DNA of 50,446 nucleotides from Candidatus Dadabacteria bacterium (GTDB taxonomy: Bacteria; Desulfobacterota_D; UBA1144; Nemesobacterales; UBA2774): NCBI GenBank assembly GCA_020027805.1, contig JAHKKQ010000002.1, positions 1-50,446 on the forward strand, in the 5' to 3' direction. Shown in pieces: positions 17,786-26,974 of the stretch; the stretch's first letter is position 1, and every line of letters begins with the position of its first letter. The notes below the pieces were generated by a model. It searched no databases. It was not told where the DNA came from and saw only the letters and a program-made list of their open reading frames with translations. Both the position numbers and the translations under genes were made by a program.

Positions 17786-19732
17786 ATGACAACCCGCCCG
17801 ATAAGAACCCTGCTGGTCGAAGACAATGACAGTTACAGCAGGCTCGTCGCAAAAATGCTCGGAGGGACCGGCGATATTTCATTCGAGATCGAGTATGCCG
17901 ATACCCTCGCCAGGGGCATAGAGGTCCTGGGTGAGGACGGTATCGACTTGGTTTTGTTAGACCTTCAGCTTCCCGATAGCGAAGGGCTCGGGTCTTTTGC
18001 CGAGCTGCACGAGCGTTATCCCGTAATCCCGATAATTGTTCTTACCGGCATGAGTGACGAGAGCCTCGCCCTCAAAGCCGTCCAGCTCGGGGCGCAGGAT
18101 TATCTTATAAAAGGCGAGGTCGACGTAAATCAACTCAAACGCTCAATAAAATATGCACTCGAGAGACAGAGGGACATAAATAACAGGAAATCCATAGAAA
18201 AGGCTCTATTCGAGGAGAAAGAGCGTCTGTCCGTAACGCTGAGCTCTATCGGGGACGGCGTGATCGCGACCGATACGGAAGGCAATGTTGTGCTCATAAA
18301 CCGGGTTGCCGAGCGCTTGACCGGCTGGTCCCATGGCGAGGCCATGGGGAGATTCATCGAAGACGTGTTCTTCATCGTTAATGTAGAATCCGGGGAGAAG
18401 GAAGTGAGTCCTGTGAGCAAGGCGATAAACGCAAATAATATTGTTGGTCTCGAGAGCGGCACGGTTCTCATAACCAAAGGCAGAGAGGGGTGCCGGTATG
18501 TATCGGCGAGCAGCTCCCCGATACGCGACAGGGACGGCATTATAATCGGCGTCGTTCTGGTTTTCAGAGACATTACCGAACTGAAAAAACTTGAAGAAGA
18601 GCTGCTCAAAGTGCAGAAGCTTGAGTCGATCGGAGTGCTCGCCGGCGGAGTGGCGCACGATTTCAATAACCTTCTGACCTCCATTATGGGGAATATCTCT
18701 CTCAGCTCGCTTCCCGACATATCGGACGAGAAAGTCAAGCTGAGGCTGTTCCAGGCCCTCAAGGCGTGCCACAAGGCCAAGGATTTGTCCACACAGCTCC
18801 TGACTTTCTCCAAAGGCGGGGCGCTTGAAAACAGGGCTGTGGTGTCGCTGGAGAAGGTTATCAGGGAGACCGCGAATTTTACCATGAGCGGCTCGAATAT
18901 AGATTTCAAGTTCGTTGTGGAGGACAGTCTCTGGAGCGTGGAGATAGACGAGGGTCAGATCAGCCAGGTGATAAGCAATATACTGATTAACGCCGCCCAG
19001 GCGATGACGAACGAGGGGAAAATTACGATTAAGATCGAAAATGCGGATGCGAAGAAAGAAAAAGGGATCCCGCTCGAGGACGGGAAATACGTAAAGACGA
19101 CTATTACAGACCAAGGCATAGGCATTCCAAAGGAATATTTATCGAGAATATTCGACCCCTACTTTACCACCAAGCAGACCGGAACCGGTCTCGGACTTTC
19201 GACCTCGTATTCGATCATAAAAAAACACGGAGGTTATATTACGGTCGAGTCCGAGCTGCACGTCGGGACGAAGTTCGTCGTATATCTGCCCGCAAGGGGA
19301 AATCCTGTAAGCGTCGAAGTAAAGAGCGATCCTTCTATAAAACAGGGCAGGGGCAGGATCCTGATAATGGACGATAAGATCGAAGTCAGGGAAGCAGCGG
19401 GCGAAATGCTGAGTCATATCGGGTATGAAGTCGAATTCGCCAAGGACGGAAGCGAGGCTTTAAAGCATTATAAAAGGGCCAAGATGGAAGGTGAGCCCTT
19501 CGATATGGTGATAATGGACCTGACTATTCCCGGCGGCATGGGCGGGAAAGAGGCGATTGAGAAGCTCCTTCTGTACGACCCGGGCGTGAAGGCGATAGTT
19601 TCGAGCGGTTATTCGAGTGATCCTATACTCGAGAAATATAAGAAATACGGTTTCAAAGGGGTATTGCCGAAGCCCTACGAGATGGGGAAATTAAGCGATG
19701 TCCTCTACGGCGTGCTAGCCGAGAATAATTGA
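17786..19732 (+). CDS. Hybrid sensor histidine kinase (REC-PAS-HisKA-HATPase-REC)
   Basis: 648 aa. The N-terminal REC is closely paralogous to that of the GGDEF protein. It also has a PAS domain, an H-box (VAHDFNNLLTSIMGN), N/G boxes (NILINAAQAM, DQGIGIP, GTGLGL) and a C-terminal REC (ILIMDD...MVIMDLTIPGGMGG). No TM segments are present. Confidence 0.9.
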   Translation: MTTRPIRTLLVEDNDSYSRLVAKMLGGTGDISFEIEYADTLARGIEVLGEDGIDLVLLDLQLPDSEGLGSFAELHERYPVIPIIVLTGMSDESLALKAVQLGAQDYLIKGEVDVNQLKRSIKYALERQRDINNRKSIEKALFEEKERLSVTLSSIGDGVIATDTEGNVVLINRVAERLTGWSHGEAMGRFIEDVFFIVNVESGEKEVSPVSKAINANNIVGLESGTVLITKGREGCRYVSASSSPIRDRDGIIIGVVLVFRDITELKKLEEELLKVQKLESIGVLAGGVAHDFNNLLTSIMGNISLSSLPDISDEKVKLRLFQALKACHKAKDLSTQLLTFSKGGALENRAVVSLEKVIRETANFTMSGSNIDFKFVVEDSLWSVEIDEGQISQVISNILINAAQAMTNEGKITIKIENADAKKEKGIPLEDGKYVKTTITDQGIGIPKEYLSRIFDPYFTTKQTGTGLGLSTSYSIIKKHGGYITVESELHVGTKFVVYLPARGNPVSVEVKSDPSIKQGRGRILIMDDKIEVREAAGEMLSHIGYEVEFAKDGSEALKHYKRAKMEGEPFDMVIMDLTIPGGMGGKEAIEKLLLYDPGVKAIVSSGYSSDPILEKYKKYGFKGVLPKPYEMGKLSDVLYGVLAENN

Positions 19733-19771
19733 GTTTTACCGGGCCGGATAGCAAAAAATATTGTTTGTCCA

Positions 19772-21595
19772 TCAGGAATTTCCCAACCTCGCCGAAAGTT
19801 TAACAGCATCCTCGACCATAACCTTCAGCAGATCCAATCCTCCCTGCCAGAAGCCGGGGTCCTTGATATCTACACCGACACGTTTGAGCAGCTTGTCAGG
19901 CGCCTCGCTGCCGCCTGAAGACAACAGATCAATGTACCTTGGGACGAACTTGTTTTCTTCGTTCAAATATTTATGGTAGAGAGCGAGCACGAGCAGCTCC
20001 CCGAACGAATACGCATAGCAGTAAAACGGGGAGTGGATGAAGTGCGGTATGTACATCCACCAGTGGCCGTAATTTTCCGTGAGCTCTACCGAGTCCCCGA
20101 ACATGGGCTTATTCGCCTCGACCCACAACTTGTTTATCTCTTCCCGGGGCAGCTCCCCGCGGTTCCGCCTGCCCAGGTGGAGGCTTTCCTCGAACCTCGT
20201 CAGCACAACCTGGCGGAAGACGGTCGCGAATATATCCTCGAGCTTGCTGCAGATGAGCGACAGCCTGGTCCTGGGGTCATTTTCTGTCTCCGTTAATTTG
20301 TGAAATACGAGGATCTCGGCGAACACGCTCGCGGTCTCAGCCGTCGTAAGCGGGGTGTTCGACTGGAAGTACCCTTGTTTTCTCGAAAGGTATTGATGCA
20401 CCCCGTGTCCGAGCTCGTGGGCAAGCGTCATGACGTCCCTGAGCCTTCCGGTATAGTTGATAAAGACGTAGGGGTGCGCGCTCGGAACGGTTCCGTGGCT
20501 GAATGCTCCCCCCCGCTTTCCGTCCCGCGTCCCGGCGTCGATCCAGTTCTTGTCGAAAAATTTCCCGGCTATATCCGACATCTTCGGGGAGAACTTTTCA
20601 AACGACGAGAGGATTATCTCTTTCCCGTCCCTGTACTTAATAATTTTCGATTCGGAGAAAATCGGGGAATAACGGTCGTAGTCATAGAACTTCTTCAGGC
20701 CGAGGAGCTTCTTCTTCAACTCGTAATATGTCTCTACCAGGCCGTAATTCCTTTCGCATGAGGAAATAAGCGCCTCGACCGTATCCCTGTCAATCTCGTT
20801 GTCCAGATGCCGGGATTCCATCGGATATGAGAATGAGCGCAGACGGTCGTTGACCGCATGGTCCTGTACGAGCGTGTTGAATATGAACGCGAGCACGTGG
20901 GAGTTCTCGATAAGCCCCCCGGTAAGCCCCTCGGCCGCCGCCTTGCGTTTCGCGCGGTCGGTGTCATAGAGGAGCGCAAGCGTCTCGGTCTCGCTGAGCG
21001 GCCTGACCTTGCCGTCGAGTTTGACTTTAAAACGTATGTTGTTGAGCACTTCGTCGAAAAGGCGCTTGAACGCCCTCGATCCCGTATTTGCTTTATCATC
21101 CAGTATCTTTTCCTCGGGTTCGCTCAACCTGTGGGGCTTGTATCTCCTTTCCTGCTCTAAAAAATGGCGGTAATGGGAAAGTCTTTTGTCAGTGATAAGC
21201 TTTTCCGCCTTTGAGTCGTTTAAAGCCACCCACTCGAGCTCGAAGAACATGAGATACTTCCTTGCCTCGGTCGCCTTCTCCTGAATTTTTTGTAAAAACG
21301 CCCCATGCTCGGACTTCCCGGTATCGGCGGCGAAAATCAGATACGCGAATGAAAGTAGCTTCCCTGCCTGCTCGCTTATGGATTCGAGCTCCCGGACGGC
21401 TTTTAGAAGGGTAGGGGCGTTTACCGTCTTCGAGTTTATCCTTCCCCTGTATTTTTTCTCGAAAGCCTCCGATTTTTTTATTAAGCCCTTTATGTCTCTT
21501 TCAATCCGGGAGTCGTTGAGGCCGGAGTAGAGGTCGGAGAGGTCCCATACAACCCCTTCCGCTCCCGATTTGAGTATTTTAGCAGTATCTGCCAT
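19772..21595 (-). CDS. pepF: M3-family oligoendopeptidase F
   Basis: 607 aa with the zinc motif HELGHGVHQ in an M3B-like context. Confidence 0.9.
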   Translation of the reverse strand: MADTAKILKSGAEGVVWDLSDLYSGLNDSRIERDIKGLIKKSEAFEKKYRGRINSKTVNAPTLLKAVRELESISEQAGKLLSFAYLIFAADTGKSEHGAFLQKIQEKATEARKYLMFFELEWVALNDSKAEKLITDKRLSHYRHFLEQERRYKPHRLSEPEEKILDDKANTGSRAFKRLFDEVLNNIRFKVKLDGKVRPLSETETLALLYDTDRAKRKAAAEGLTGGLIENSHVLAFIFNTLVQDHAVNDRLRSFSYPMESRHLDNEIDRDTVEALISSCERNYGLVETYYELKKKLLGLKKFYDYDRYSPIFSESKIIKYRDGKEIILSSFEKFSPKMSDIAGKFFDKNWIDAGTRDGKRGGAFSHGTVPSAHPYVFINYTGRLRDVMTLAHELGHGVHQYLSRKQGYFQSNTPLTTAETASVFAEILVFHKLTETENDPRTRLSLICSKLEDIFATVFRQVVLTRFEESLHLGRRNRGELPREEINKLWVEANKPMFGDSVELTENYGHWWMYIPHFIHSPFYCYAYSFGELLVLALYHKYLNEENKFVPRYIDLLSSGGSEAPDKLLKRVGVDIKDPGFWQGGLDLLKVMVEDAVKLSARLGNS

Positions 21596-21702
21596 TTGCT
21601 GCTCTCCTATTAAATGATTACCGCTTATGATTAAGATTTACTTTAGATGGTTCAAGTTTCAGTGCATCTCGTTAGTCAGGGTTTAACGTAAGATAATTTA
21701 TA

Positions 21703-22164
21703 TTAACCCTGATCGAGCTTCTCTAATTCTTCCCTGACAATCTTATTCACGACCGCCCCGTCCGCCTTTCCCTTTACGGCCGGAATTATTATCTTCATTA
21801 CTTTTCCCAGGTCTTTTATCCCGCCGGCACCCGAGCCTGTGACGGCCTTCTTTACTTCCGCCCTGATTTCGTCCTCACTCATCTGAAGAGGCATATACTT
21901 CATCAGGATTTCCGCTTCCGCCTTCTCCTGTTGAGCGGCCTCCTGCCTGTCCACTTTTTCGAATTCGGACGCGGCTTCTTTTCTTTTTTTTATCTCGCCT
22001 GCAACGACCTCGATTACCTCCTCGTCCGTGAGCTCCTTCTTCTGCTTCTCGATCTCCTTATTCCTGATCGAGGACTGGAGCATCCTGAGGACCGTCAGCT
22101 CGAGTGTCTTTTTGCTCCTGAGGGCGTCTTTCAAATCCTGAGGAATCTTTTCCCTAAGGCTCAT
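21703..22164 (-). CDS. GatB/YqeY domain-containing protein
   Basis: 153 aa with typical YqeY-like sequence (LKDALRSKKTLELTVLRMLQSSIRNKEIE...GAGGIKDLGKVMK). Confidence 0.85.
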   Translation of the reverse strand: MSLREKIPQDLKDALRSKKTLELTVLRMLQSSIRNKEIEKQKKELTDEEVIEVVAGEIKKRKEAASEFEKVDRQEAAQQEKAEAEILMKYMPLQMSEDEIRAEVKKAVTGSGAGGIKDLGKVMKIIIPAVKGKADGAVVNKIVREELEKLDQG

Positions 22165-22264
22165 GTTCGTCTCCGGTGGCTTTTTAAGTTTATTGTAACC
22201 AATTTAAAGGAATTATTTTACATTATGGTAACGCCCGCCGACTGCATGCGCCGCACGGAACGGC

Positions 22265-22801
22265 CTATTCGAGCACGTAAACGCCTGGCAGGTTTCTTCC
22301 CGCCTCGCCGCAGTCGGTACCGTACCCTACGATGAACCCCTCCCCGACATTGAACCCGACGTAATCGGCGGCTATATCGACCTGCCTCCTCGCTCTCTTG
22401 TCTATGAGTGCGCATATCCTGAGGGACGCCGGCTGCTTGGAAAGGATCACCGATTTTAGAAAATCGAGCGTAATACCCGTATCGAGCATATCCTCCACCA
22501 GTACGACGTGCCTGCCCTTAAGCGGGGTGACCGCATCCGTTACAAGCTCCACCTCGCCGGGTTCCATGCCCTCTTTATAACTCGACGCCCTGACGAAATC
22601 GATCTCGACGTTAAAATCGAGATGTCTCACGAGGTCCGCTAAAAATATAAACCCGCCCTTGAGTATGCCTATGAGCACGGGGTTCTTATCCCTGTAATCC
22701 TCCGTGATTCGTTTCCCCAGCTCCTTTACCTTTCGTTCTATCTCCGTGGCCGATATGAGGAGCCTGAGCTTCCTGCCCTGAATTTCTGTTATCATGCGCA
22801 A
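22265..22801 (-). CDS. hpt: Hypoxanthine(-guanine) phosphoribosyltransferase
   Basis: 178 aa with the PRPP-binding motif VVLVEDMLDTGITL and an LIGILKGGFIFLADL block. Confidence 0.92.
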   Translation of the reverse strand: MRMITEIQGRKLRLLISATEIERKVKELGKRITEDYRDKNPVLIGILKGGFIFLADLVRHLDFNVEIDFVRASSYKEGMEPGEVELVTDAVTPLKGRHVVLVEDMLDTGITLDFLKSVILSKQPASLRICALIDKRARRQVDIAADYVGFNVGEGFIVGYGTDCGEAGRNLPGVYVLE

Positions 22802-22873
22802 TTATTCTATCTAAAGTTTCAGCTATAAACAGTGAGGAAATGGGGCTTAATGCACGAGGCGGGAATCCCGCCA

Positions 22874-22901
22874 TTGACTAACTATCGTGATATTCTATAT
22901 T
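22874..22901 (+). promoter_or_regulatory. Candidate sigma-70 promoter for tyrS
   Basis: TTGACT-N16-TATATT. It is close to the annotated ATG (22916), which suggests the true start may be the GTG at 22952, preceded by AGAGGGG. Confidence 0.4.
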
Positions 22902-22915
22902 TTTGAGCGGCTTCG

Positions 22916-24154
22916 ATGACTGAAAACTACGTAAAGAGGGGAAATGACAAGGTGAAATTTTTAGAGCCCGAGGAGCAGCTTCGGATTATTAAACGCGGTA
23001 CCGAGGAGATAATCTCCGAACAGGAGCTACTGTCGAAGCTGAAAAAATCCGGAGAAACTGGCCTGCCCCTAAGGATCAAGGCCGGTTTTGACCCCACAGC
23101 TCCCGACCTTCACCTGGGGCACTGCGTTTTGTTAAAGAAGCTCCGCGAATTCCAGGACCTGGGACATACCGTCATGTTTCTCATCGGGGACTTCACGGCC
23201 ATGATCGGCGATCCGTCGGGCAGGTCGGAGACCAGGCCGCCGCTCACGAAAGCTCAGGTAGAGAAGAACGCCCTGACATATCAAAAGCAGGTCTTCAGGA
23301 TACTCGACAGTGAAAGGACCGAGGTTATGTTTAATTCGTCCTGGCTCGGAGAGATGAGCGGGGAGGATTTGATCAGGCTGTCCGCCCTCGAAACCGTGGC
23401 CCGCATGCTCGAGAGGGACGATTTCAGCAAGCGTTACGAGTCGGGCGTTTCGATCTCGATAAACGAGTTCATGTATCCCCTCATTCAGGCCTATGATTCG
23501 GTAATTATGAAGTCGGACGTCGAGTTCGGCGGGACCGACCAGAAATTCAACATACTGATGGGCCGGGGGGTGCAGAAGCATTACGAACAGGAGCCCCAGG
23601 TGGCGATCCTCCTCCCTATTCTCGAAGGGCTCGACGGGGTGAGGAAGATGTCAAAGTCCCTCGACAACTACATCGCGGTCGAAGACACCGCCGTGGATAT
23701 GTACGGGAAGATAATGTCGATACCCGACGACCTGATGTGGAGGTATTACCTGCTCCTGACCCCGAGGACCGAGGGGGAAGTGGAAGAGCTGAAAAAGGGA
23801 CATCCGATGGATGCGAAGAGGGCGCTCGCATTCGAGATCACGTCGTGGCTCCACGGAGCCGGTGACGCGAAGGGGGCCGCAGGGGATTTCGCGACCAAGT
23901 TCTCTCAGCGGGAGTTCCCTGAAGACGCCCGGGAGGTTGTAATAAAGCGTGACGATGCCAAGACGGTCATCGACCTGGTCGTGGAATCGTCCGGGAAGCT
24001 CAAGAGCAGGAATGAAGCAAAGAGGCTAATAGCTCAGGGCGGTGTCCTTATCGACGGGGAAAGGGTCACCGATATAAACTCGCCCATGCCGGATAAAGGC
24101 ACGCTCCGCATGAGGATAGGGAAAAAGGAATTCGTAGTCGTAAAATTAAGTTAG
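22916..24154 (+). CDS. tyrS: Tyrosine--tRNA ligase
   Basis: 412 aa with class I motifs HLGH and KMSKS and a C-terminal S4-like domain ([15 protein letters not shown]). The start may alternatively be GTG 22952. Confidence 0.93.
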   Translation: MTENYVKRGNDKVKFLEPEEQLRIIKRGTEEIISEQELLSKLKKSGETGLPLRIKAGFDPTAPDLHLGHCVLLKKLREFQDLGHTVMFLIGDFTAMIGDPSGRSETRPPLTKAQVEKNALTYQKQVFRILDSERTEVMFNSSWLGEMSGEDLIRLSALETVARMLERDDFSKRYESGVSISINEFMYPLIQAYDSVIMKSDVEFGGTDQKFNILMGRGVQKHYEQEPQVAILLPILEGLDGVRKMSKSLDNYIAVEDTAVDMYGKIMSIPDDLMWRYYLLLTPRTEGEVEELKKGHPMDAKRALAFEITSWLHGAGDAKGAAGDFATKFSQREFPEDAREVVIKRDDAKTVIDLVVESSGKLKSRNEAKRLIAQGGVLIDGERVTDINSPMPDKGTLRMRIGKKEFVVVKLS

Positions 24155-24541
24155 AAGCAAGCGAGCCTGTAAGCCGAATTCTGTCTTGGACAATCATTCA
24201 TCTGGGACATTCATTGCTGAATGCCTCTTGCAACATACCCGGAAGCATCGGACGGGCCGCCCTTTATTTCACGAGGAAAATCGCTTCCCTATTTTGTCTT
24301 ACTCCGAGCGGGGTTTACCATGCCGCCCGCTGTCACCAGCCGGCGCGGTAGTCTCTTACACTGCCTTTTCACCCTTACCGGCTTTCCATGATTGAAAAGC
24401 TTAGGCGGTTTGTTTTCTGTGGCACTTTCCGTTGCCTCACGACACCTGGGCGTTACCCAGCGCTCTGCCCTCCGGAGTTCGGACTTTCCTCCAGTCTCGG
24501 CATTTCTGCCCCGACCAGCGACTGTCCGGCTCACTTGCTTC
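24155..24541 (-). ncRNA. rnpB: RNase P RNA, bacterial type A
   Basis: The reverse complement reads GAAGCAAGTGAGCCGGACAGTCGC...GGAGGAAAGTCCGAACTCCGGAGGGCAG...GGTAACGCCCAGG...ACAGAAAACAAACCGCC...GGTAAGGGTGAAAAGG...ACCGCGCCGGCTGGTGACAG...GGTAAACCCCGCTCGGAGTAAG...AAATAGGG...CCCAGATGAATGATTGTCCAAGACAGAATTCGGCTTACAGGCTCGCTTGCTTC. It is block-for-block collinear with E. coli M1 RNA. The 5' and 3' ends pair as P1. End coordinates are good to within a few nt. Confidence 0.95.
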
Positions 24542-24546
24542 TGATG

Positions 24547-24990
24547 TTAAAGATATTCATCAATGGCGAGATTCGCAAGCCTGTCGGCCTCTCTGTTCTC
24601 TTCCCTGGGGATGTGGCGGATCGTAACCCGCCTGAATCCTTCGATTAAGCTCTTTGCCTTCGTATATAGCTCTTTTATCTCCGGGTGTTTGACTTTCCAG
24701 ATTCCATTCATCTGGTTCGCGAGCAATAGAGAGTCTGTAAATATCCGTATTTCCTGGTTTTTATGTCCGTGGGCAGATTCGAGGGCGGTAATAAGGGCCG
24801 TGTACTCGGCCTGGTTGTTGGTGCGTGTGCCGAGATATTTCTTGACCTCACGCGCCCCGCCGCTCTCCTCTTTGATCAAAACCCCTATCCCCGATTCTCC
24901 CGGGTTGCCCCTGGCAGCGCCGTCGATAAATATATCGATGCGGTCATTCTCGGATTTCTTAAAAGGCAGGCTATCCTGTTTTAGCTTCAC
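24547..24990 (-). CDS. rnhA: Ribonuclease HI
   Basis: 147 aa with RNase H fold motifs: IFIDGAARGNPGESGIG, NNQAEYTALITALE, TDSLLLANQM, REENREADRLAN. Confidence 0.85.
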   Translation of the reverse strand: MKLKQDSLPFKKSENDRIDIFIDGAARGNPGESGIGVLIKEESGGAREVKKYLGTRTNNQAEYTALITALESAHGHKNQEIRIFTDSLLLANQMNGIWKVKHPEIKELYTKAKSLIEGFRRVTIRHIPREENREADRLANLAIDEYL

Positions 24991-25699
24991 TCTTGAGTTC
25001 TTCTTCGCAGTATAGGAATTTTTGGCAATTGGGGCACTGTATCAATCTCGAAAGGGTCAACACCTCGTTAAAGAGCTGGGGAGGTATGTTCATATTGCAT
25101 CCGGTGCATACCTCGTTTCTCACAACGGCGAGCACGAACCCGTTCCTTTTTTTAACACGCTCGTATATGGAGAGGATGTCGGGAGCGAGGCCGGAGGCGA
25201 TTTTCACTTTCTCTTCTTTCTTGGGGGGATACAGTATTTTCAGATCCTCTATCTTTTCCTTGAACCCGGCAATCTTATCGGTGTATTCGTTTTCCCTGCT
25301 CGCAAGTTCCTCTTCTTCCTTCGATATACGCGATTCAATGCCCTCCAGCTTTACCATCTGTTCGAGCAGGTTGTCTTCGAGTGCGGAATTCTTTCGCTTC
25401 GTATCTGCGATTTGCTTCTGCAGGGCTTCATATTCTTTATGGGTTTTAATTTCGAACAGTTTTTGATCGGCCTTTTTTATCAAATCTTCATTTTGTAAGA
25501 TGTCGAGCTCAATGCCCGACTTGTTCACAAGTATCTCTTGCTTAATATTTTTGGAATTTTCCAGCTTGTTTCTTGATATCGCTATCTCACTTTCGTAGTC
25601 CGAGATTTTTTCAGGGTACTCCCTGAGGTTTTTTTCCAGTTGACTTAGCTCCATGTCAATTCTCTGGAGTGTATCGAGAACCAAGATCTGGTCTCTCAT
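24971..25699 (-). CDS. Coiled-coil C4 zinc-ribbon protein (COG1579/DUF164-like)
   Basis: 242 aa with a long heptad-rich coiled coil followed by CTGC...CPNC. It overlaps the rnhA start by 20 nt. Confidence 0.8.
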   Translation of the reverse strand: MRDQILVLDTLQRIDMELSQLEKNLREYPEKISDYESEIAISRNKLENSKNIKQEILVNKSGIELDILQNEDLIKKADQKLFEIKTHKEYEALQKQIADTKRKNSALEDNLLEQMVKLEGIESRISKEEEELASRENEYTDKIAGFKEKIEDLKILYPPKKEEKVKIASGLAPDILSIYERVKKRNGFVLAVVRNEVCTGCNMNIPPQLFNEVLTLSRLIQCPNCQKFLYCEEELKSEAKTG

Positions 25700-25856
25700 T
25701 TTTTCTTCTCCTTTTTTTTGCCGTGTAGTTTTCGGAAAGTAAGGTTTTGATAATTATGGCCGGATATAAAGAAGCAAATGGTGTGACTGATGTCTGGGGA
25801 CTGCTGTTTATGGAGACTTCTCTGCCCATGTGTAAAACTATCACCTCTACTATGCG

Positions 25857-25930
25857 TGGGCCCACCCGGACTCGAACCAGGGACCAACGGATTATGAGTC
25901 CGCCGCTCTAACCAACTGAGCTATGGGCCC
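25857..25930 (-). tRNA. tRNA with CAT anticodon (elongator Met or Ile2-lysidine type)
   Basis: The reverse complement GGGCCCATAGCTCAGTTGGTTAGAGCGGCGGACTCATAATCCGTTGGTCCCTGGTTCGAGTCCGGGTGGGCCCA folds into a cloverleaf. The acceptor is a 7-bp stem and the anticodon loop is CTCATAA. CCA is not encoded. It lacks initiator features. Confidence 0.95.
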
Positions 25931-26001
25931 TCTGAATTTATTAAGTGAATTTACAAGTCTAGATAAAAAACGGGGCTTTGTCAAACCCGCGCCGCGATAA
26001 A

Positions 26002-26889
26002 TTATTTTTTTAAAGCGTAGTTTTTTGCTTTGAGCAATTTATAGTATCCGAGGACTTTTGCGATATAGTCCGTCGTCTCCGGATACGGCGGGATAGTAAA
26101 GCCGTGCTTAATGACCGCCCCCTTGCCGGCATTATATGCGGCCAGAGAGAGGCTCATGTCTCCGTCGAAATATTCGAGCAGGTCTTTCAAATATTGGACC
26201 CCTCCCTCCATATTATCCTTGGCGTCGAAGGGATCGCTCACCCCGTAATCGTCAGCGGTTGCCGGTATGAGCTGCATGATCCCCTGCGCGTTCTTGGGAG
26301 ATACGGCGTTCGGGTCGAAGTTCGATTCTGTTTTTATAACGGCCTTCACGAGATAAGGGTCGACCCCGTGTCTCTCGCTCAGATTAAGTATGTCCTTGTC
26401 ATATTCAGTGGTGAATTCATCCGAGAATATGAACTTTGTACTGCCGTCTTCGGGAAGTATTATTCTGTATCTCGAAAGGGCGGAGGGTTTGTTAAAAACG
26501 ACGGTGGGCATCTTGTTCCGGCATTCCATGGTCTCGAATTTTCCCGACCTCTCGAGGAGTACGGCGCAGTTGGATATCTCGACTACCTTCACGGTTTCGG
26601 AATTTACGAGGTCGAGCACGTCTCCCCGAATATACGAGCCCAGCTCCCCGGTGACGGGGTTCTTTATCATTGCCTTCGATACCCCGCCGCTCGTGAGCGT
26701 GCCCAGAAGAATCAGGCGGAGGCTCGTGTTAGTTACCTCGACCGAAAGGATTTTGTTTTTCTCCGCAAGGGATTCCGAGACCGGGTCGTCCTCGCGGTAA
26801 GAGTCTGCCGAATTAGCTGAATAAACGGGTATAGGAAGCATGAAGATTATTCCTGATAAACATAGGAGTGTCAGGAGAGGTTTCTTCAT
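26002..26889 (-). CDS. Lytic transglycosylase (SLT domain) with signal peptide
   Basis: 295 aa with an N-terminal signal peptide. The C-terminal SLT motifs are ESNFDPNAVSPKNAQGIMQLIPATA and AYNAG. Confidence 0.85.
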   Translation of the reverse strand: MKKPLLTLLCLSGIIFMLPIPVYSANSADSYREDDPVSESLAEKNKILSVEVTNTSLRLILLGTLTSGGVSKAMIKNPVTGELGSYIRGDVLDLVNSETVKVVEISNCAVLLERSGKFETMECRNKMPTVVFNKPSALSRYRIILPEDGSTKFIFSDEFTTEYDKDILNLSERHGVDPYLVKAVIKTESNFDPNAVSPKNAQGIMQLIPATADDYGVSDPFDAKDNMEGGVQYLKDLLEYFDGDMSLSLAAYNAGKGAVIKHGFTIPPYPETTDYIAKVLGYYKLLKAKNYALKK

Positions 26890-26974
26890 TGAGAGAGATA
26901 CTCTTTTGAAACTAGTTTCAGAATAAATGATAGAGGGGCAAAAGTAAATAAATATTTTCAGTCTGTACGGTACT

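Noticed and set aside
22802-22915. T-box leader upstream of tyrS.
   Set aside because: The spacer is only about 110 nt. It has no T-box motif (AATTAGGGTGGTACCGCG-like) and no specifier/antiterminator architecture. A plain sigma-70 promoter fits better.
24421-24440. TGGCAC-N6-TTGC sigma-54-like string on the plus strand.
   Set aside because: The spacing is one nucleotide too long and it lies inside rnpB.
24186-24648. Three tracked ORFs (24186..24395 +, 24289..24534 -, 24388..24648 +) between tyrS and rnhA.
   Set aside because: The region is fully explained by the type-A RNase P RNA on the minus strand.
25700-26001. tRNA gene as an integration hotspot, with a possible genomic island next to it.
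   Set aside because: There is no integrase, no direct repeat of the tRNA 3' end that I could see, and no compositional break. The flanking genes are ordinary.
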